DNA of 64,000 nucleotides from an uncultured Neomegalonema sp. (GTDB lineage: Bacteria > Pseudomonadota > Alphaproteobacteria > Rhodobacterales > Rhodobacteraceae). A program made the position numbers and the translations under genes. The notes below the pieces were generated by a model, which was not told where the DNA came from, did not search any database, and saw only the letters and a list, made by a program, of their open reading frames with translations. Shown one piece after another: positions 1 to 10,500 of the stretch. Position 1 is the stretch's first letter; each line of letters starts with the position of its first letter. Location of the stretch: NCBI GenBank assembly GCA_937928005.1, contig CALFVD010000055.1, positions 3,516 to 67,515 of the forward strand, in the 5' to 3' direction.

Positions 1-122
1 GCATCCGCCAATTGGGCGAATATGGCACCAAACAGCAGAATGAGGGACGCAAGCGCCACCTTGAGCGCGGGCGGGGTGGTGGTCCGGCGCGCGGCGATTG
101 CGACTGGTTTTCTCTGTGACAT
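1..122 (-). CDS. N-terminal fragment of a membrane-anchored protein (gene runs off the window start)
   Basis: Reverse-strand ATG at 122 with GGGAG 5 nt upstream. Reads MSQRKPVAIAARRTTTPPALKVALASLILLFGAIFAQLAD (basic N-terminus then a hydrophobic helix). Absent from the ORF track because it is truncated by the window edge. Confidence 0.3.
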   Translation of the reverse strand, partial: MSQRKPVAIAARRTTTPPALKVALASLILLFGAIFAQLAD

Positions 123-256
123 CGTAGCTCCCGATAGGTGTCGAGCGGTGGTGGGCCGCCGAATATGCGCCTTTTAAATGCGCAGGTGGCGGTCGAATGT
201 TTCAGAAAAATAGGATTTCCAACGTCCAAGGACAAGTAACACCGGCCCGATTATTA

Positions 257-892
257 TCAATCCTTCGTTGGGCCGCTCTTATCAGTGTTCCGTAAGGGTA
301 GCCCACGCTGGCGCAACGCGGCGCGCAGGGCATTGGCCCCATCGAACAGGATTGCATCGATGCCAACTGCTTGCGCGCCGCAGACATTGGCCGGGGAATC
401 GTCGATGAAAATGCAATCGGCGGGGTCGAGGGCGTTGCGGTCGAGAAGGCGGCGGTAGATTGCTGGATCGGGTTTGACCATCCGCTCATGTCCCGAAACC
501 AACACATCACGAAAACCGCCGAGGAAAGGGAACCGGGCTAACGTCAATGGCCATTTCTCGGAGGAAAAATTGGTGAGCGCGTAGAGGGGCACCTCCGCCG
601 CACGCAATTCTTCGAGAATCGCAACACTGCCGTCGATGGCACCCGTTACCGTCTCCTCCCAGCGCGCATCGAAGGCGGCGAGTTCACTTGCATAATGCGG
701 ATGCGCGGTGGCAAGTGCGGCAAGACCTCCTGCGTAGGGCTGGCCCCGGTCGAATTCGAGGTTGGCGTCCAACAGGCGCGTTTCGGCGAGAAAGCGGTCT
801 ATGGCCGCCTCATTCGGCAAAATCTTTCGGTAGAGCGCCCGCACATCCCAATGGATCAGGACATTGCCGATATCGAAGATGACAGCTTTCAT
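257..892 (-). CDS. HAD-superfamily hydrolase (subfamily IA-like)
   Basis: N-terminal VIFDIGNVLI (HAD motif I variant) and C-terminal CIFIDDSPANV (motif IV). 211 aa, typical size. Confidence 0.8.
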   Translation of the reverse strand: MKAVIFDIGNVLIHWDVRALYRKILPNEAAIDRFLAETRLLDANLEFDRGQPYAGGLAALATAHPHYASELAAFDARWEETVTGAIDGSVAILEELRAAEVPLYALTNFSSEKWPLTLARFPFLGGFRDVLVSGHERMVKPDPAIYRRLLDRNALDPADCIFIDDSPANVCGAQAVGIDAILFDGANALRAALRQRGLPLRNTDKSGPTKD

Positions 893-934
893 ACCTGTAC
901 CCTCGTTTTGATAGAGGACCGCGCCGCAAAAGCC

Positions 935-2032
935 TCAGTTCGCGAAGCGGAAATGCATGATGTCGCCGTCTTTGACGAGGTATTCCTTGCCTTCGAGGCG
1001 CATCTTTCCCGCATCTTTCGCGCCCTGCTCACCGTTATGGGCGACGTATTCGTCATAAGCAGTGGTCTCAGCGCGGATGAAACCTTTTTCAAAATCAGTG
1101 TGGATCGTGCCCGCAGCTTGGGGGGCGCGGTAACCGGTGGGGATGGTCCATGCGCGGGCTTCTTTTGGGCCACAGGTGAAATACGTGATGAGGTGCAACA
1201 GGCCGTAACCTGCACGGATCAGGCGGTCGAGGCCCGATTCTTCCAACCCCAGATCATCGAGGAAAACGGCGCGCTCCTCGTCATCGAGCATCGCGACTTC
1301 GGCCTCGATGGCCGCGCTGATGACGACATGGGCCGCGCCCTGCGCCTCGGCCATTTCCGCGACCTTGGCCGACAGAGCATTGCCGGTCGCCGCGCTCTCC
1401 TCCTCGACATTCGAGACGTAGAGGATGGGTTTCGACGACAAGAGTTGAAGCATCTTGAAGGCTTTCATGTCCTCCTCGGCGACTTCCAAATGGCGGGCCG
1501 GGCGACCGTCTTCGAGCAAGACCTTTACCGCTTCCATCAACTCGCTTGCCTTGACGGCTTCCTTATCACCGCCGCGTATCTTCTTCACGTTCCCCGCCAA
1601 ACGCCGCTCGATGCTGTCGAGATCAGCGAGCATCAGCTCGGTTTCGATGGTCTGGGCATCATCGACCGGATCGACCTTGTTCGAGACATGGGTGACGTCG
1701 TCATCCTCGAAACAGCGCAGCACATGGGCGATGGCGTCGGTCTCGCGGATATTGGCGAGGAACTGGTTGCCAAGACCCTCGCCCTTTGACGCGCCCTTCA
1801 CCAGACCGGCAATATCCACGAAGGTCATGCGGGCGGGGATCACCGCTTTCGACCCGGCAATCCCGGCGATGGTGTCGAGACGGGCATCGGGCACCGACAC
1901 CTCACCGACATTCGGCTCGATGGTGCAGAAGGGGAAGTTCGCGGCCTGCGCCGAGGCCGTGCGCGTCAATGCGTTGAACAGCGTGGATTTGCCGACATTC
2001 GGCAACCCGACGATTCCGACCTTGAAGCCCAT
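935..2032 (-). CDS. ychF: Redox-regulated ribosome-binding ATPase YchF
   Basis: MGFKVGIVGLPNVGKSTLFNALT P-loop, 365 aa, and a C-terminal GKEYLVKDGDIMHFRFN-type TGS end characteristic of YchF/Obg-like ATPases. Confidence 0.95.
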   Translation of the reverse strand: MGFKVGIVGLPNVGKSTLFNALTRTASAQAANFPFCTIEPNVGEVSVPDARLDTIAGIAGSKAVIPARMTFVDIAGLVKGASKGEGLGNQFLANIRETDAIAHVLRCFEDDDVTHVSNKVDPVDDAQTIETELMLADLDSIERRLAGNVKKIRGGDKEAVKASELMEAVKVLLEDGRPARHLEVAEEDMKAFKMLQLLSSKPILYVSNVEEESAATGNALSAKVAEMAEAQGAAHVVISAAIEAEVAMLDDEERAVFLDDLGLEESGLDRLIRAGYGLLHLITYFTCGPKEARAWTIPTGYRAPQAAGTIHTDFEKGFIRAETTAYDEYVAHNGEQGAKDAGKMRLEGKEYLVKDGDIMHFRFAN

Positions 2033-2182
2033 GATGGTTCCTCGCGCGTAGAATAGGGAGAGTTGGCGCGCCCATGGCAGGAAGGGACGGGGATGTCAAC
2101 GATTGCGCGTCGGCAAGCGACTTGCGCAACGACACGCTCGTCCCTAGCGTGCGTCGTGTACTGAATATAGAGGGGGACTTTC

Positions 2183-3487
2183 ATGCCACTACCATCAAAG
2201 CCTATCAGCCGCCTTTTTGCGGCGATGCTAGCCCTTTCGCCGTTATCCGCCACCTATGCCGAGACGCAGACATGGGAGGATGCCTATGTTGGGTCGGATA
2301 CGACGGTCTTGTATCTGCCCGATGCGAACGCGGTGTACTGGCGGTATGGCTGGAAACGCGCGCCGGGTGAGCGGACGGGCATTGCGATAAGGGGGCGCTA
2401 TCCCGATGCGCGGTATTTCAGCTTCAACGTCTATGATGATGACGTGAAGCAATCGGTCGGTAGCATCACGGATGTCGATATCATACCCGAAGCGGGGGCC
2501 GCGAACCCGTTTCTGGGCAAGGGCGGCACCGTTGGGGCGGAAGGCGGCCTCTATACGCTCTATATCATGCCCGATACCATGAAGGTCGATGCGCCGAACG
2601 TGCTGTATTTCCCTGACAGCCTGACGAGCTTGTCGGTATTCCTACGTCATTACCTTGCCGAGGGCGGGATTTTGGGCGGTGCGCCACTGCCGACTGTCTC
2701 AGCGGTCGATATGAATACGAACACGGTCACACCCGCCGATTCCAGCAACCCAATACCGAAACTGTCGAAGCAAGAAATCGAACGGTATCTACTGCCCCTC
2801 GCTCAAAAGCTGAAAGCGCAATATCAAGCCGATCCCGAAGGGACCGTCGCCGCGATGCGTGAGAAGTTCGGTAGCGGGTCAGTGGCGCTCAACTCAGTGG
2901 TCGCGCGGCAGGTGGTAGCCAAAACCTTTGATGATTTTGAGGCGGGCCAGATACTCCAATCCTACAACTACCAGACCGACGGCACCTATCCAAATAAGGA
3001 TAACCTCTATCTTGTCATTCCGACGATCCGTGCGCCGAGACAGTCGCTGGTGGTGCGGTTCCGCGCGCCCCGCTATTCGGCGATGCCGGAGGGCTATGCG
3101 GCGGCGGATGTGCGGTATTTCTCGGTCAGTCAGGGGGATGACGCGACATATAACTTCGCAACCCTCGCAGACCGCGACATGCGCGTCGGCACGGATGGCA
3201 TAATCGAGATCGTCATCGGAGATGACGTCCCCGCCCTACGCGCAAAGGCCGATGAGTTGGGGGTGAATTTCATGCCGTGGTTGGTGGGTGAGAAGATGCT
3301 GCTGGTCTATCGCCACATGTTGCCCCGTGCTGATTTCGCAAATGGTATCGACAAGGTACCTGCCTTTGATCGAACCCTACCGAAAAAAGGGCAGGAAGGC
3401 GGTGCCCATATCGGCGATTATGCGCCAGTTGGCGTGTTGATCGATACTGGCGCATTATTATCGATGCCAAGATTGCCCGATTTCTGA
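2183..3487 (+). CDS. Secreted hypothetical protein
   Basis: 434-aa ORF with an N-terminal signal peptide (LFAAMLALSPLSATYA). No motif I can assign. Coding-like composition with no competing ORF. Confidence 0.6.
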   Translation: MPLPSKPISRLFAAMLALSPLSATYAETQTWEDAYVGSDTTVLYLPDANAVYWRYGWKRAPGERTGIAIRGRYPDARYFSFNVYDDDVKQSVGSITDVDIIPEAGAANPFLGKGGTVGAEGGLYTLYIMPDTMKVDAPNVLYFPDSLTSLSVFLRHYLAEGGILGGAPLPTVSAVDMNTNTVTPADSSNPIPKLSKQEIERYLLPLAQKLKAQYQADPEGTVAAMREKFGSGSVALNSVVARQVVAKTFDDFEAGQILQSYNYQTDGTYPNKDNLYLVIPTIRAPRQSLVVRFRAPRYSAMPEGYAAADVRYFSVSQGDDATYNFATLADRDMRVGTDGIIEIVIGDDVPALRAKADELGVNFMPWLVGEKMLLVYRHMLPRADFANGIDKVPAFDRTLPKKGQEGGAHIGDYAPVGVLIDTGALLSMPRLPDF

Positions 3488-3535
3488 GAAGGTTGCGCAC
3501 GGGTTGCACTTCGATAGGCTGTCCCGAAAGGGAGA

Positions 3536-4126
3536 ATGGCCATGACAATGTTCAACAACGGCAATCGCACGCTGCAAGACCGCTATGGGGGCCGTGCGGT
3601 TGCCGACCGGATTGTCGATCTGGTGGAGGCGTCCGAGATCAACGACGAATTCAAGGAATTTATCGAATCCGTGCCGTTCTTCTTTCTCGCCACATCGGCG
3701 GGGGAGAATACCGATTGCTCCTTTAAGGGCGGGGAACCGGGTTTCGTAAAGGTGGCGGCACCCGACCAGATTGTCTTTCCCGATTACGATGGTAATCGGA
3801 TGTATAAATCACTCGGCAACATCACCGAAAACCCGAATGTCGGGCTATTATTTATGAAATTCGGTGCCGAGGAAGGGCAAGGCGCGCTATATCTGCGCGT
3901 GCGGGTTAGCGGCAAGGCAGTGATACATGACGATCACCCCTTGCTGGCCGAGTATCCCGGTGCGCAGCGGATGGTGGAGGTGACGGTCACGCATGTCTTC
4001 CCCAATTGCCCTCGCTATATCCCGCAAATGGAAATGATTGCACCCTCACGGTATATCCCCGAAGAGGGCAAGGAACAGCCAACCCCGGCATGGAAAGAAA
4101 TCCCACCCATCGCGGAGCTGTTGTAA
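3536..4126 (+). CDS. Pyridoxamine 5'-phosphate oxidase-family FMN-binding protein
   Basis: Split-barrel signature region FFFLATS...DCSFKGG...PDYDGNRMYKSLGNITENPNVGLLFM. GGGAGA RBS just upstream. Three in-frame ATGs (3536/3542/3548), so the start is plus or minus 12 nt. Confidence 0.75.
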   Translation: MAMTMFNNGNRTLQDRYGGRAVADRIVDLVEASEINDEFKEFIESVPFFFLATSAGENTDCSFKGGEPGFVKVAAPDQIVFPDYDGNRMYKSLGNITENPNVGLLFMKFGAEEGQGALYLRVRVSGKAVIHDDHPLLAEYPGAQRMVEVTVTHVFPNCPRYIPQMEMIAPSRYIPEEGKEQPTPAWKEIPPIAELL

Positions 4127-4127
4127 G

Positions 4128-4601
4128 ATGAAGAGACTGCTCGCCGCCGCCCTCGTGCTGGGCACACCCGTGGCTGCGCATCATGGGTTTCGCATGGAAT
4201 ACGATGCGTCGAAAGCTTATTGGATCGAGGGGGAAATAGTATCGGGGTATTATGGCTTGCCCCATGCGGAGTTTGATCTGCGGATCATCCCCGGCGCGAT
4301 GCCGGAGGCGGGGTTTGCCGATAAAAAGGCGAGCGATCTGACCGGTAAACTGCGCACTGCCCCACGCGATCTGCGGCCCGTGGTCGAGATCGAGTTTCCG
4401 CAACAGGAACGGTTCTGGGCGCTCGGCGATGTCTTGAAGACTGGCGACCGGGTGGCGGTGATCGTGCTGCGCGGATGCGAGGAACCCAAACCCCTACGCG
4501 CGCAATGGGTGCGTTTGCCGGATGGATCGTCAGTGCGAGCCGGGGGCAAAGTGCAGGCGGAAACCCAGACATGCGAGCCGGAACCTGCTGGCCGCGATTG
4601 A
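4128..4601 (+). CDS. Small secreted protein (DUF6152-like)
   Basis: Internal ATG at 4128 gives MKRLLAAALVLGTPVAAHHGF (signal peptide followed by the HH motif typical of this family). The ORF-track start 4038 overlaps the upstream gene and is unlikely. Confidence 0.55.
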   Translation: MKRLLAAALVLGTPVAAHHGFRMEYDASKAYWIEGEIVSGYYGLPHAEFDLRIIPGAMPEAGFADKKASDLTGKLRTAPRDLRPVVEIEFPQQERFWALGDVLKTGDRVAVIVLRGCEEPKPLRAQWVRLPDGSSVRAGGKVQAETQTCEPEPAGRD

Positions 4602-5034
4602 AAATTGGGAATGGGTCGTGACCCTGCGGCGTAGCCTATGGGGCTATGGCGCGCTGAACGCCGCGCATATTCTCGCAATCGGGATATTGTTAGGGTCCAT
4701 CGTCAATGTGGATTTGCGTATCATGGGCCTGTGGCGCGGGGATCGCTGGCGGGAAGGTATGGCCGAGGCGTTACCGCTCGCGCGGGCGGGGTTTGTGCTG
4801 GCTGTGCTGACAGGGGGCGCGCTGTTTGCCGTGCGTGCCTCGCGCTACGTGACGATGACACCGTTTCTATTGAAGATGGGGCTGCTGGTTCTCGCGCTTG
4901 CGAATGTGGTGGTGTTTCACTGGATGCTGCGGCGGCTGGGCGAGCGGGGGATGGGCCTGCGCCTGTCGGCTGCGGCGTCGCTGACGTTGTGGATCGGGAT
5001 CCTCGCATCAGGGCGGGCTATCGGCTTTCTGTAG
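4522..5034 (+). CDS. Integral membrane protein, unknown function (start uncertain, possibly GTG near 4618)
   Basis: Four hydrophobic helices (ILAIGILLGSIV, FVLAVLTGGALFAV, LLKMGLLVLALANVVVF, LTLWIGILASG). The first 30 codons overlap the upstream gene. Confidence 0.5.
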   Translation: MDRQCEPGAKCRRKPRHASRNLLAAIENWEWVVTLRRSLWGYGALNAAHILAIGILLGSIVNVDLRIMGLWRGDRWREGMAEALPLARAGFVLAVLTGGALFAVRASRYVTMTPFLLKMGLLVLALANVVVFHWMLRRLGERGMGLRLSAAASLTLWIGILASGRAIGFL

Positions 5035-5161
5035 GTCAGTAGCGGCAATATGGCCGTGATCCGTTTTCGACATTATTTTTTATGCGCATGTCGAAAACAG
5101 GCGATCAGGTGGCATTCAAGAAGCGTAATTAGTTCGACGCAGTTCATTCCGAATTGCGACC

Positions 5162-5186
5162 GGACGCGGTTTAGGCGTCCTTTTTC
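5162..5186 (+). terminator. Rho-independent terminator-like hairpin
   Basis: GGACGC-GGTTTAG-GCGTCC followed by TTTTT, downstream of the membrane-protein gene. Confidence 0.5.
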
Positions 5187-5197
5187 TGGAGACCGAG

Positions 5198-5566
5198 ATG
5201 CGTAAGAACGTATATCTCCTCGCAGCCGCGATTGTCGCGGTGGCCGTTACACCTGTGCTATCGTCCGAAGTTACAATCGGCGATTCCACCTTCATTACCT
5301 ATGACGAGAACTATGTCACGGCGGCACCAGATGCTGCCTTTGGCGACACCTATGTGGCGGGCGATATCGTGTATATCGACGAAGCCACTATGGAGCAGGC
5401 CGAATACAGTGTACCGATCTACGATCAGTTCGGCTATTCTGCCGAGAGCGTCGAGCAGGTCTATGCCATCGACGGGATAGATATGGCACAAGACGTGCCG
5501 TCGATGACCGAAACGATCGATGGCATCGTCTACGAAACCGTAGCCGCACCGGCGCAAACCTACTGA
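5198..5566 (+). CDS. Small acidic secreted protein, unknown function
   Basis: Signal peptide MRKNVYLLAAAIVAVAVTPVLSS. The mature part is rich in D/E/Y. A GGAGA RBS is present and the gene is followed by a terminator. Confidence 0.5.
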   Translation: MRKNVYLLAAAIVAVAVTPVLSSEVTIGDSTFITYDENYVTAAPDAAFGDTYVAGDIVYIDEATMEQAEYSVPIYDQFGYSAESVEQVYAIDGIDMAQDVPSMTETIDGIVYETVAAPAQTY

Positions 5567-5628
5567 GAGAGCGCAAAGCGCATGTTTTATGCGTATGATA
5601 CCGGCTCTGAGTTCAGGGAGAAAACGGG

Positions 5629-5655
5629 GGGCGCGCTGTCACGGTGCGCCCTTTT
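5629..5655 (+). terminator. Rho-independent terminator
   Basis: GGGCGC-N11-GCGCCC followed by TTTT. Confidence 0.55.
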
Positions 5656-5895
5656 GCAGTCGATAGAATGTCGCAAACGGCTACGCATGTCGTTTTCGGG
5701 CGCGCGTCGGGTCTGCAGAATGCGACGATTTGTCAATGAGAAGACGCACCATTAAGGCAGGATGGCTGGGACGATTGACTGTCGTGGCCGACCCGTGCCC
5801 GACACTCTCCGCCATTGCGCCCTCGCACCCGAGGCAAGCACCTCCCTCCCTGCGCTGAATCGCCCTTATCTTTTCAGCCGGACGGAGACGACCCC

Positions 5896-7467
5896 ATGAC
5901 CAAAACAATCGAAAAGCCAAGCCGCCGCAGCGGTGGACGCGCCGCCCGCGTTGCCATGCGCGAAGCCCCCCTCGCCGAAGCCAGCCGCCCAATCCGCGCG
6001 GGACTGGAAGGCGGGCGCTACAAGCCCCTGACCGACGATCAAGTGCAACGCATCCATTCAGCGGCTTTCCAGATTCTCGACGAAATCGGCATCAGCCTCG
6101 CCCCACAAAGCGGCATCGACGCGATGACCGCCTATGGCGCGGTGTATTCCGCCGATGATGGCCGCGTGCGCTTTCCGGCGGCGGTGATCGAGAAGGCGCT
6201 GGGGGATGCTGCACGTGATATCACCCTACACGCCCGCAACCCAAAACATGATCTGCATCCGGGCGGCTACCGTGTGCATTATGGGACGGCAGGGGCAGCC
6301 GTGCATCTGGCCAATATCGAAACGGGCGAATACGACGAAAGCACGCTGGGTGATCTATACGCGGCCGCGCGCATTACGGATCAGCTCGACAATGTGCATT
6401 TCTTTCAGCGGTGCATGGTCGCGCGAGACATTCTCGATAATCGCGAGATGGACCTGAACACGATCTACGCCAGCGTGAATGGAACGACCAAACATATCGG
6501 CACCAGCTTTACCGAGCCTGATTTCGCACGCGACGCGCTCAAGATGCTGCACCTGATGGCGGGGGGCGAGGATAAATGGCGCGAGCGGCCCTTCGTGTCG
6601 AACTCGAACTGTTTTGTTGTACCGCCACTGAAATTCGCAACCGAAAGCTGCGAGGTGATGGAGGTTTGTATCAAAGGTGGGATGCCAGTGCTGCTACTCT
6701 CCGCCGGTCAGGCGGGGGCGACGGGTCCGGCGGCACTGGCCGGGACAATTGCGCAGGCGGTGGCGGAATGTCTGGCCGGGTTGGTCTATGTCAACGCGGT
6801 GAAACCGGGGCATCCAGCAATCTTTGGGACATGGCCGTTCGTATCGGACCTGCGGACGGGCGCAATGTGCGCGGGGTCAGGAGAACAGGCGTTGCTAACG
6901 GCGGCCTGTGCGCAGATGGGGCGGTTCTACGACTTGCCCACGGGTAGCGCGGGGGGCATGTCTGACGCAAAATACCCCGATCAACAGGCCGGGGCCGAAC
7001 ATGGCGTAACGAATGTCATGGCGGGGCTGGCGGGGCTAAACATGGTCTACGAATCCGCCGGAATGTACGCATCTTTGCTAGGGTTCTCACTGGAAGGGCT
7101 TATCATTGATAATGATATCCTTGGCCAATGCTTGCGCTGTGTGCGGGGAATCGAGGTGACGGATGAAAAGCTATCCATCGAGCAGATGAAGGCCGCGTGT
7201 CTGAATGGGGGGCCGGGGCATTACCTAGGGTCGGACCAGACACTCTCGCTCATGCAAACAGATTACTTCTACCCCGATATCGGGGATCGATCCTCGCCGA
7301 AGGAATGGCTGGAGCGGAATAAGCCAGTGCTGATCGAAACGGCAATTGCGAAGAAGAAGGAAATCCTTGGCGAGCCATCGCTAGCACTGCTGTCGCCAGA
7401 AATCGACGCGGCAGTACGGGCGGAATTTCCAATCCGGTTAGATACGGCGACTGGGAAGTTGGTGTAG
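5896..7467 (+). CDS. MttB-superfamily (trimethylamine methyltransferase-like) protein, non-pyrrolysine type
   Basis: 523 aa from the ATG at 5896 (MTKTIEKPSRRSGGRAAR...). Length and internal blocks (HYGTAGAAVHL, PVLLLSAGQAGATGPA, GSGEQALL) fit the MttB TIM-barrel family. There is no in-frame UAG. Confidence 0.8.
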   Translation: MTKTIEKPSRRSGGRAARVAMREAPLAEASRPIRAGLEGGRYKPLTDDQVQRIHSAAFQILDEIGISLAPQSGIDAMTAYGAVYSADDGRVRFPAAVIEKALGDAARDITLHARNPKHDLHPGGYRVHYGTAGAAVHLANIETGEYDESTLGDLYAAARITDQLDNVHFFQRCMVARDILDNREMDLNTIYASVNGTTKHIGTSFTEPDFARDALKMLHLMAGGEDKWRERPFVSNSNCFVVPPLKFATESCEVMEVCIKGGMPVLLLSAGQAGATGPAALAGTIAQAVAECLAGLVYVNAVKPGHPAIFGTWPFVSDLRTGAMCAGSGEQALLTAACAQMGRFYDLPTGSAGGMSDAKYPDQQAGAEHGVTNVMAGLAGLNMVYESAGMYASLLGFSLEGLIIDNDILGQCLRCVRGIEVTDEKLSIEQMKAACLNGGPGHYLGSDQTLSLMQTDYFYPDIGDRSSPKEWLERNKPVLIETAIAKKKEILGEPSLALLSPEIDAAVRAEFPIRLDTATGKLV

Positions 7468-7595
7468 CGCAGTACAATGGTCATTTCCGCGAAAGTGGGA
7501 ATCCGAATGTACCTTCGCCAAAACTCATCACCGTTTGCGCAACAGGCTTGGCACCGGGCAAAATGCGCGCCCGCCTTCGCGGGAGCGACATTGCT

Positions 7596-10500
7596 CTATT
7601 CTGCCGCCATGCGTGGGGCTTCGGGGGCGGCACCGCCCTTCATACGGGCCAGAATATCGGTGCGGCGAAGGGCGGCATCTTTCATTGCTTCGGCTTTGAC
7701 GGGGCCAAAGCCTCTTATGGCGTCGGGAAGGTTTAGGAGGGCTGTAGCCAGCGGTCCCGGCTGGCCCGCAAGGGCAGTGTCGATATCGGCTTCGTATTGC
7801 TTGATGAGCGCGCGTTCGGATTTGCGTTCCTCGGTATAGCCAAAGACATCGAGAGGGGTGCCGCGCAGGCGTTTTAGTTTGGCCAATAGGCGGAAGTTAC
7901 GGAGCATGGATGCGCCGTATTCCTTCTTCTTCGGGCGGCCTTTCGCATCGGTGCCAGAATTAAAGACCGGCGGAGCGAGATGGAAGGTGAGGTCGCCGCC
8001 TTCCTCGAAGGTCTGGGCCACCTGTGCAGCGAAACGACCATCGGTAAAGAGCCGAGCGACTTCGTATTCATCTTTATAAGACAATAGCTTGGCATAGTTT
8101 CGGGCGACAACAAAGGCGGCATCCTCGTCCCATGCACGCACGCGCGCGACCCGCTTACGGTAGCGTTTGGCAAGGCGGGTGTTTTGGTAGCCGGTTAGAT
8201 GCGCAGCACGATGCTCAATCAGGGCATCCAAGGTCTGTGGCGGGGTATCCGCCGCTTCATTTTTTAGAAGCGCGGTTGCAGCTTTGGGATCGGTAGCGAG
8301 TTTGCGCCCCCAATGGAAGGCGGCGATATTTGCTTCGACCGCCACGCCGTTCATCTCGATAGCATGTAGCAAGGACGGCATGGCGACGGGCAATGCGCCG
8401 ATTTGGCAGGCATAGCCGAGCATCATAATGTTGGTCATGATCGCATCGCCACAGGCGGCTTCGGCAAGGGCGGTGAAATCGAGGAATGCACTGTCCTCTG
8501 ACGTTGTCTTACGGATAGTAGCAATGGTCAGTTCATTGCGGAAATCGAGGTCACGGTCCTTGATGAAATCGGCGACGGAGGTGAGGTGCGTGTTGACGAC
8601 CGCGCGGGTGCAGTTGGCCTCGCATAACACGACACCATCGGTGGAAGCCGCAACCACGGCATCGGCGGCGAACAGTAAATCAGTTCCACCACTGACGATG
8701 CGGGGGCTGGTCACATCGTCGGGGTCATTGCCAATACGGACATAGGAGAAGACCGCCCCGCCCTTCTGCGCAAGGCCCGCCATGTCGAGGATCATCGACG
8801 CTTTGCCCTCCAGATGCGCGGCCATGCCGAGAACCGCGCCGATGGTCAGGACGCCGGTGCCGCCAACGCCCGTAATGGCGATGTTCCACGGACAGGCCAG
8901 ATCGGTGACGGAGGCGCGCGGATCGGGGATCGTGGTGGGGTCGATGGTGGTTGCGGCGCTGGCCTTGAGGGCCGCACCAGAGACAGTGACAAAGCTGGGG
9001 CAAAAGCCCTTCACGCAGGAAAAATCCTTGTTGCAGGAGGATTGGTTGATACGGCGCTTGCGGCCCATCGCAGTTTCAAGCGGCTCGACGGCGATGCAGT
9101 TCGACTGGACCGAGCAATCACCACAGCCTTCGCAGACGGAGGGGTTTATGATGACGCGACGGTCGGGATCAGGGAAGGTGCCGCGCTTACGGCGGCGGCG
9201 CTTTTCGGCGGCGCAGGTCTGGACGAAGAGGATGGCGGTGCAGCCCGGCACCTCGCGTAATTCGCGCATCACGGTATCAAGGTCGTCGCGGTGGCGGATT
9301 TCGACGCCCTTGGCCAACTCGCCCGGAGTGTAGGCTTCGGGCGCATCGGTGACGAGGACGGTACGGCCTACGCCTTCAGCAGCGAGTTGATGCGTGATCT
9401 GCTGCGGGGTGAGGGAACCGTCTATGGGCTGTCCGCCGGTCATGGCAACGGCGTCGTTATAGAGGATTTTGTAAGTAAGATTCACGCCCGACGCGACACC
9501 CTGCCGAATGGCGAGTAGGCCGGAATGGAAATACGTACCATCGCCTAAGTTGATGAATTGATGCTTCTCATCCGTGAAATGGGCGGTGCCCTGCCATTGC
9601 GCGCCCTCGCCGCCCATCTGGCTGAAACCAGCATCGTTGCGATCCATCCATGTCACCATGAAGTGACAACCAATGCCCGCGCCCACGCGCGACCCTTCCG
9701 GGACATTGGTGGAGGTGTTGTGGGGACACCCGGCGCAGAAATAGGGTTTGCGCAGGACGGGCGGCGTATGCGCCTTGCGGATATCAGCGCGGGTTTTGAA
9801 CCACGCCACCTTGTCACGAATGCGGGTCGCGACTTGCTCGTCGAGATCTAGTTCCAGTAGGCGTAGGCCAATGGCACGGGCGACGGCTCCGGTGGTTAGT
9901 TCCACATCAAGGGGTAGGTTCGGCTGGTCGTTATGGTCGAACTTGCCAATGATGCGAGGGCGCACGTCGGCGCGCCAGTTGAAAAGCTGCTTCTTGATCT
10001 CAAATTCGATCATCTCGCGGCGTTCCTCAATCACGAGGACTTCCTCCAACCCTTCGGCAAAACGGCGCACGCCTTCGGGTTCGAGGGGCCACGGCATCCC
10101 AACCTTGTAGACGCGCAGGCCGATGCGGGCGGCCTCGTCTTCAGTGACGCCAAGCTGGCGTAGGGCTTCGCGAGCGTCTTCATAGGCTTTGCCCGATGCG
10201 ATGATGCCGAAACGGGCGTGCGGGCTGTCGATAACGATGCGGTCGACGTTGTTGGCCCGTCCGAAGGCGATGGCGGCGTAGCCCTTGTGGTGTTGGAGGC
10301 GGTGATCTTGCTCCCACCTGTCGTCGGGCCAGCGGATGTTGAGACCATCCGCTGGCATCTCGAAATCATCGGGGACGGTGAAGACGCGATCCTCGCCGGT
10401 CAGATCGACGGTGGCGGTCGTCTCGACGGTATCGGCGATAACCTTCATGCCAACCCAGCACCCCGAATAACGCGACATGGCGATGCCGAGGAGGCCCATC

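Noticed and set aside
695-1789. 364-aa plus-strand ORF (and several 60-200-aa ORFs) overlapping ychF
   Set aside because: It lies antisense to a gene with unmistakable YchF motifs. Its translation is low-complexity Arg/Ala/Gly-rich, which is typical of shadow ORFs in GC-rich DNA.
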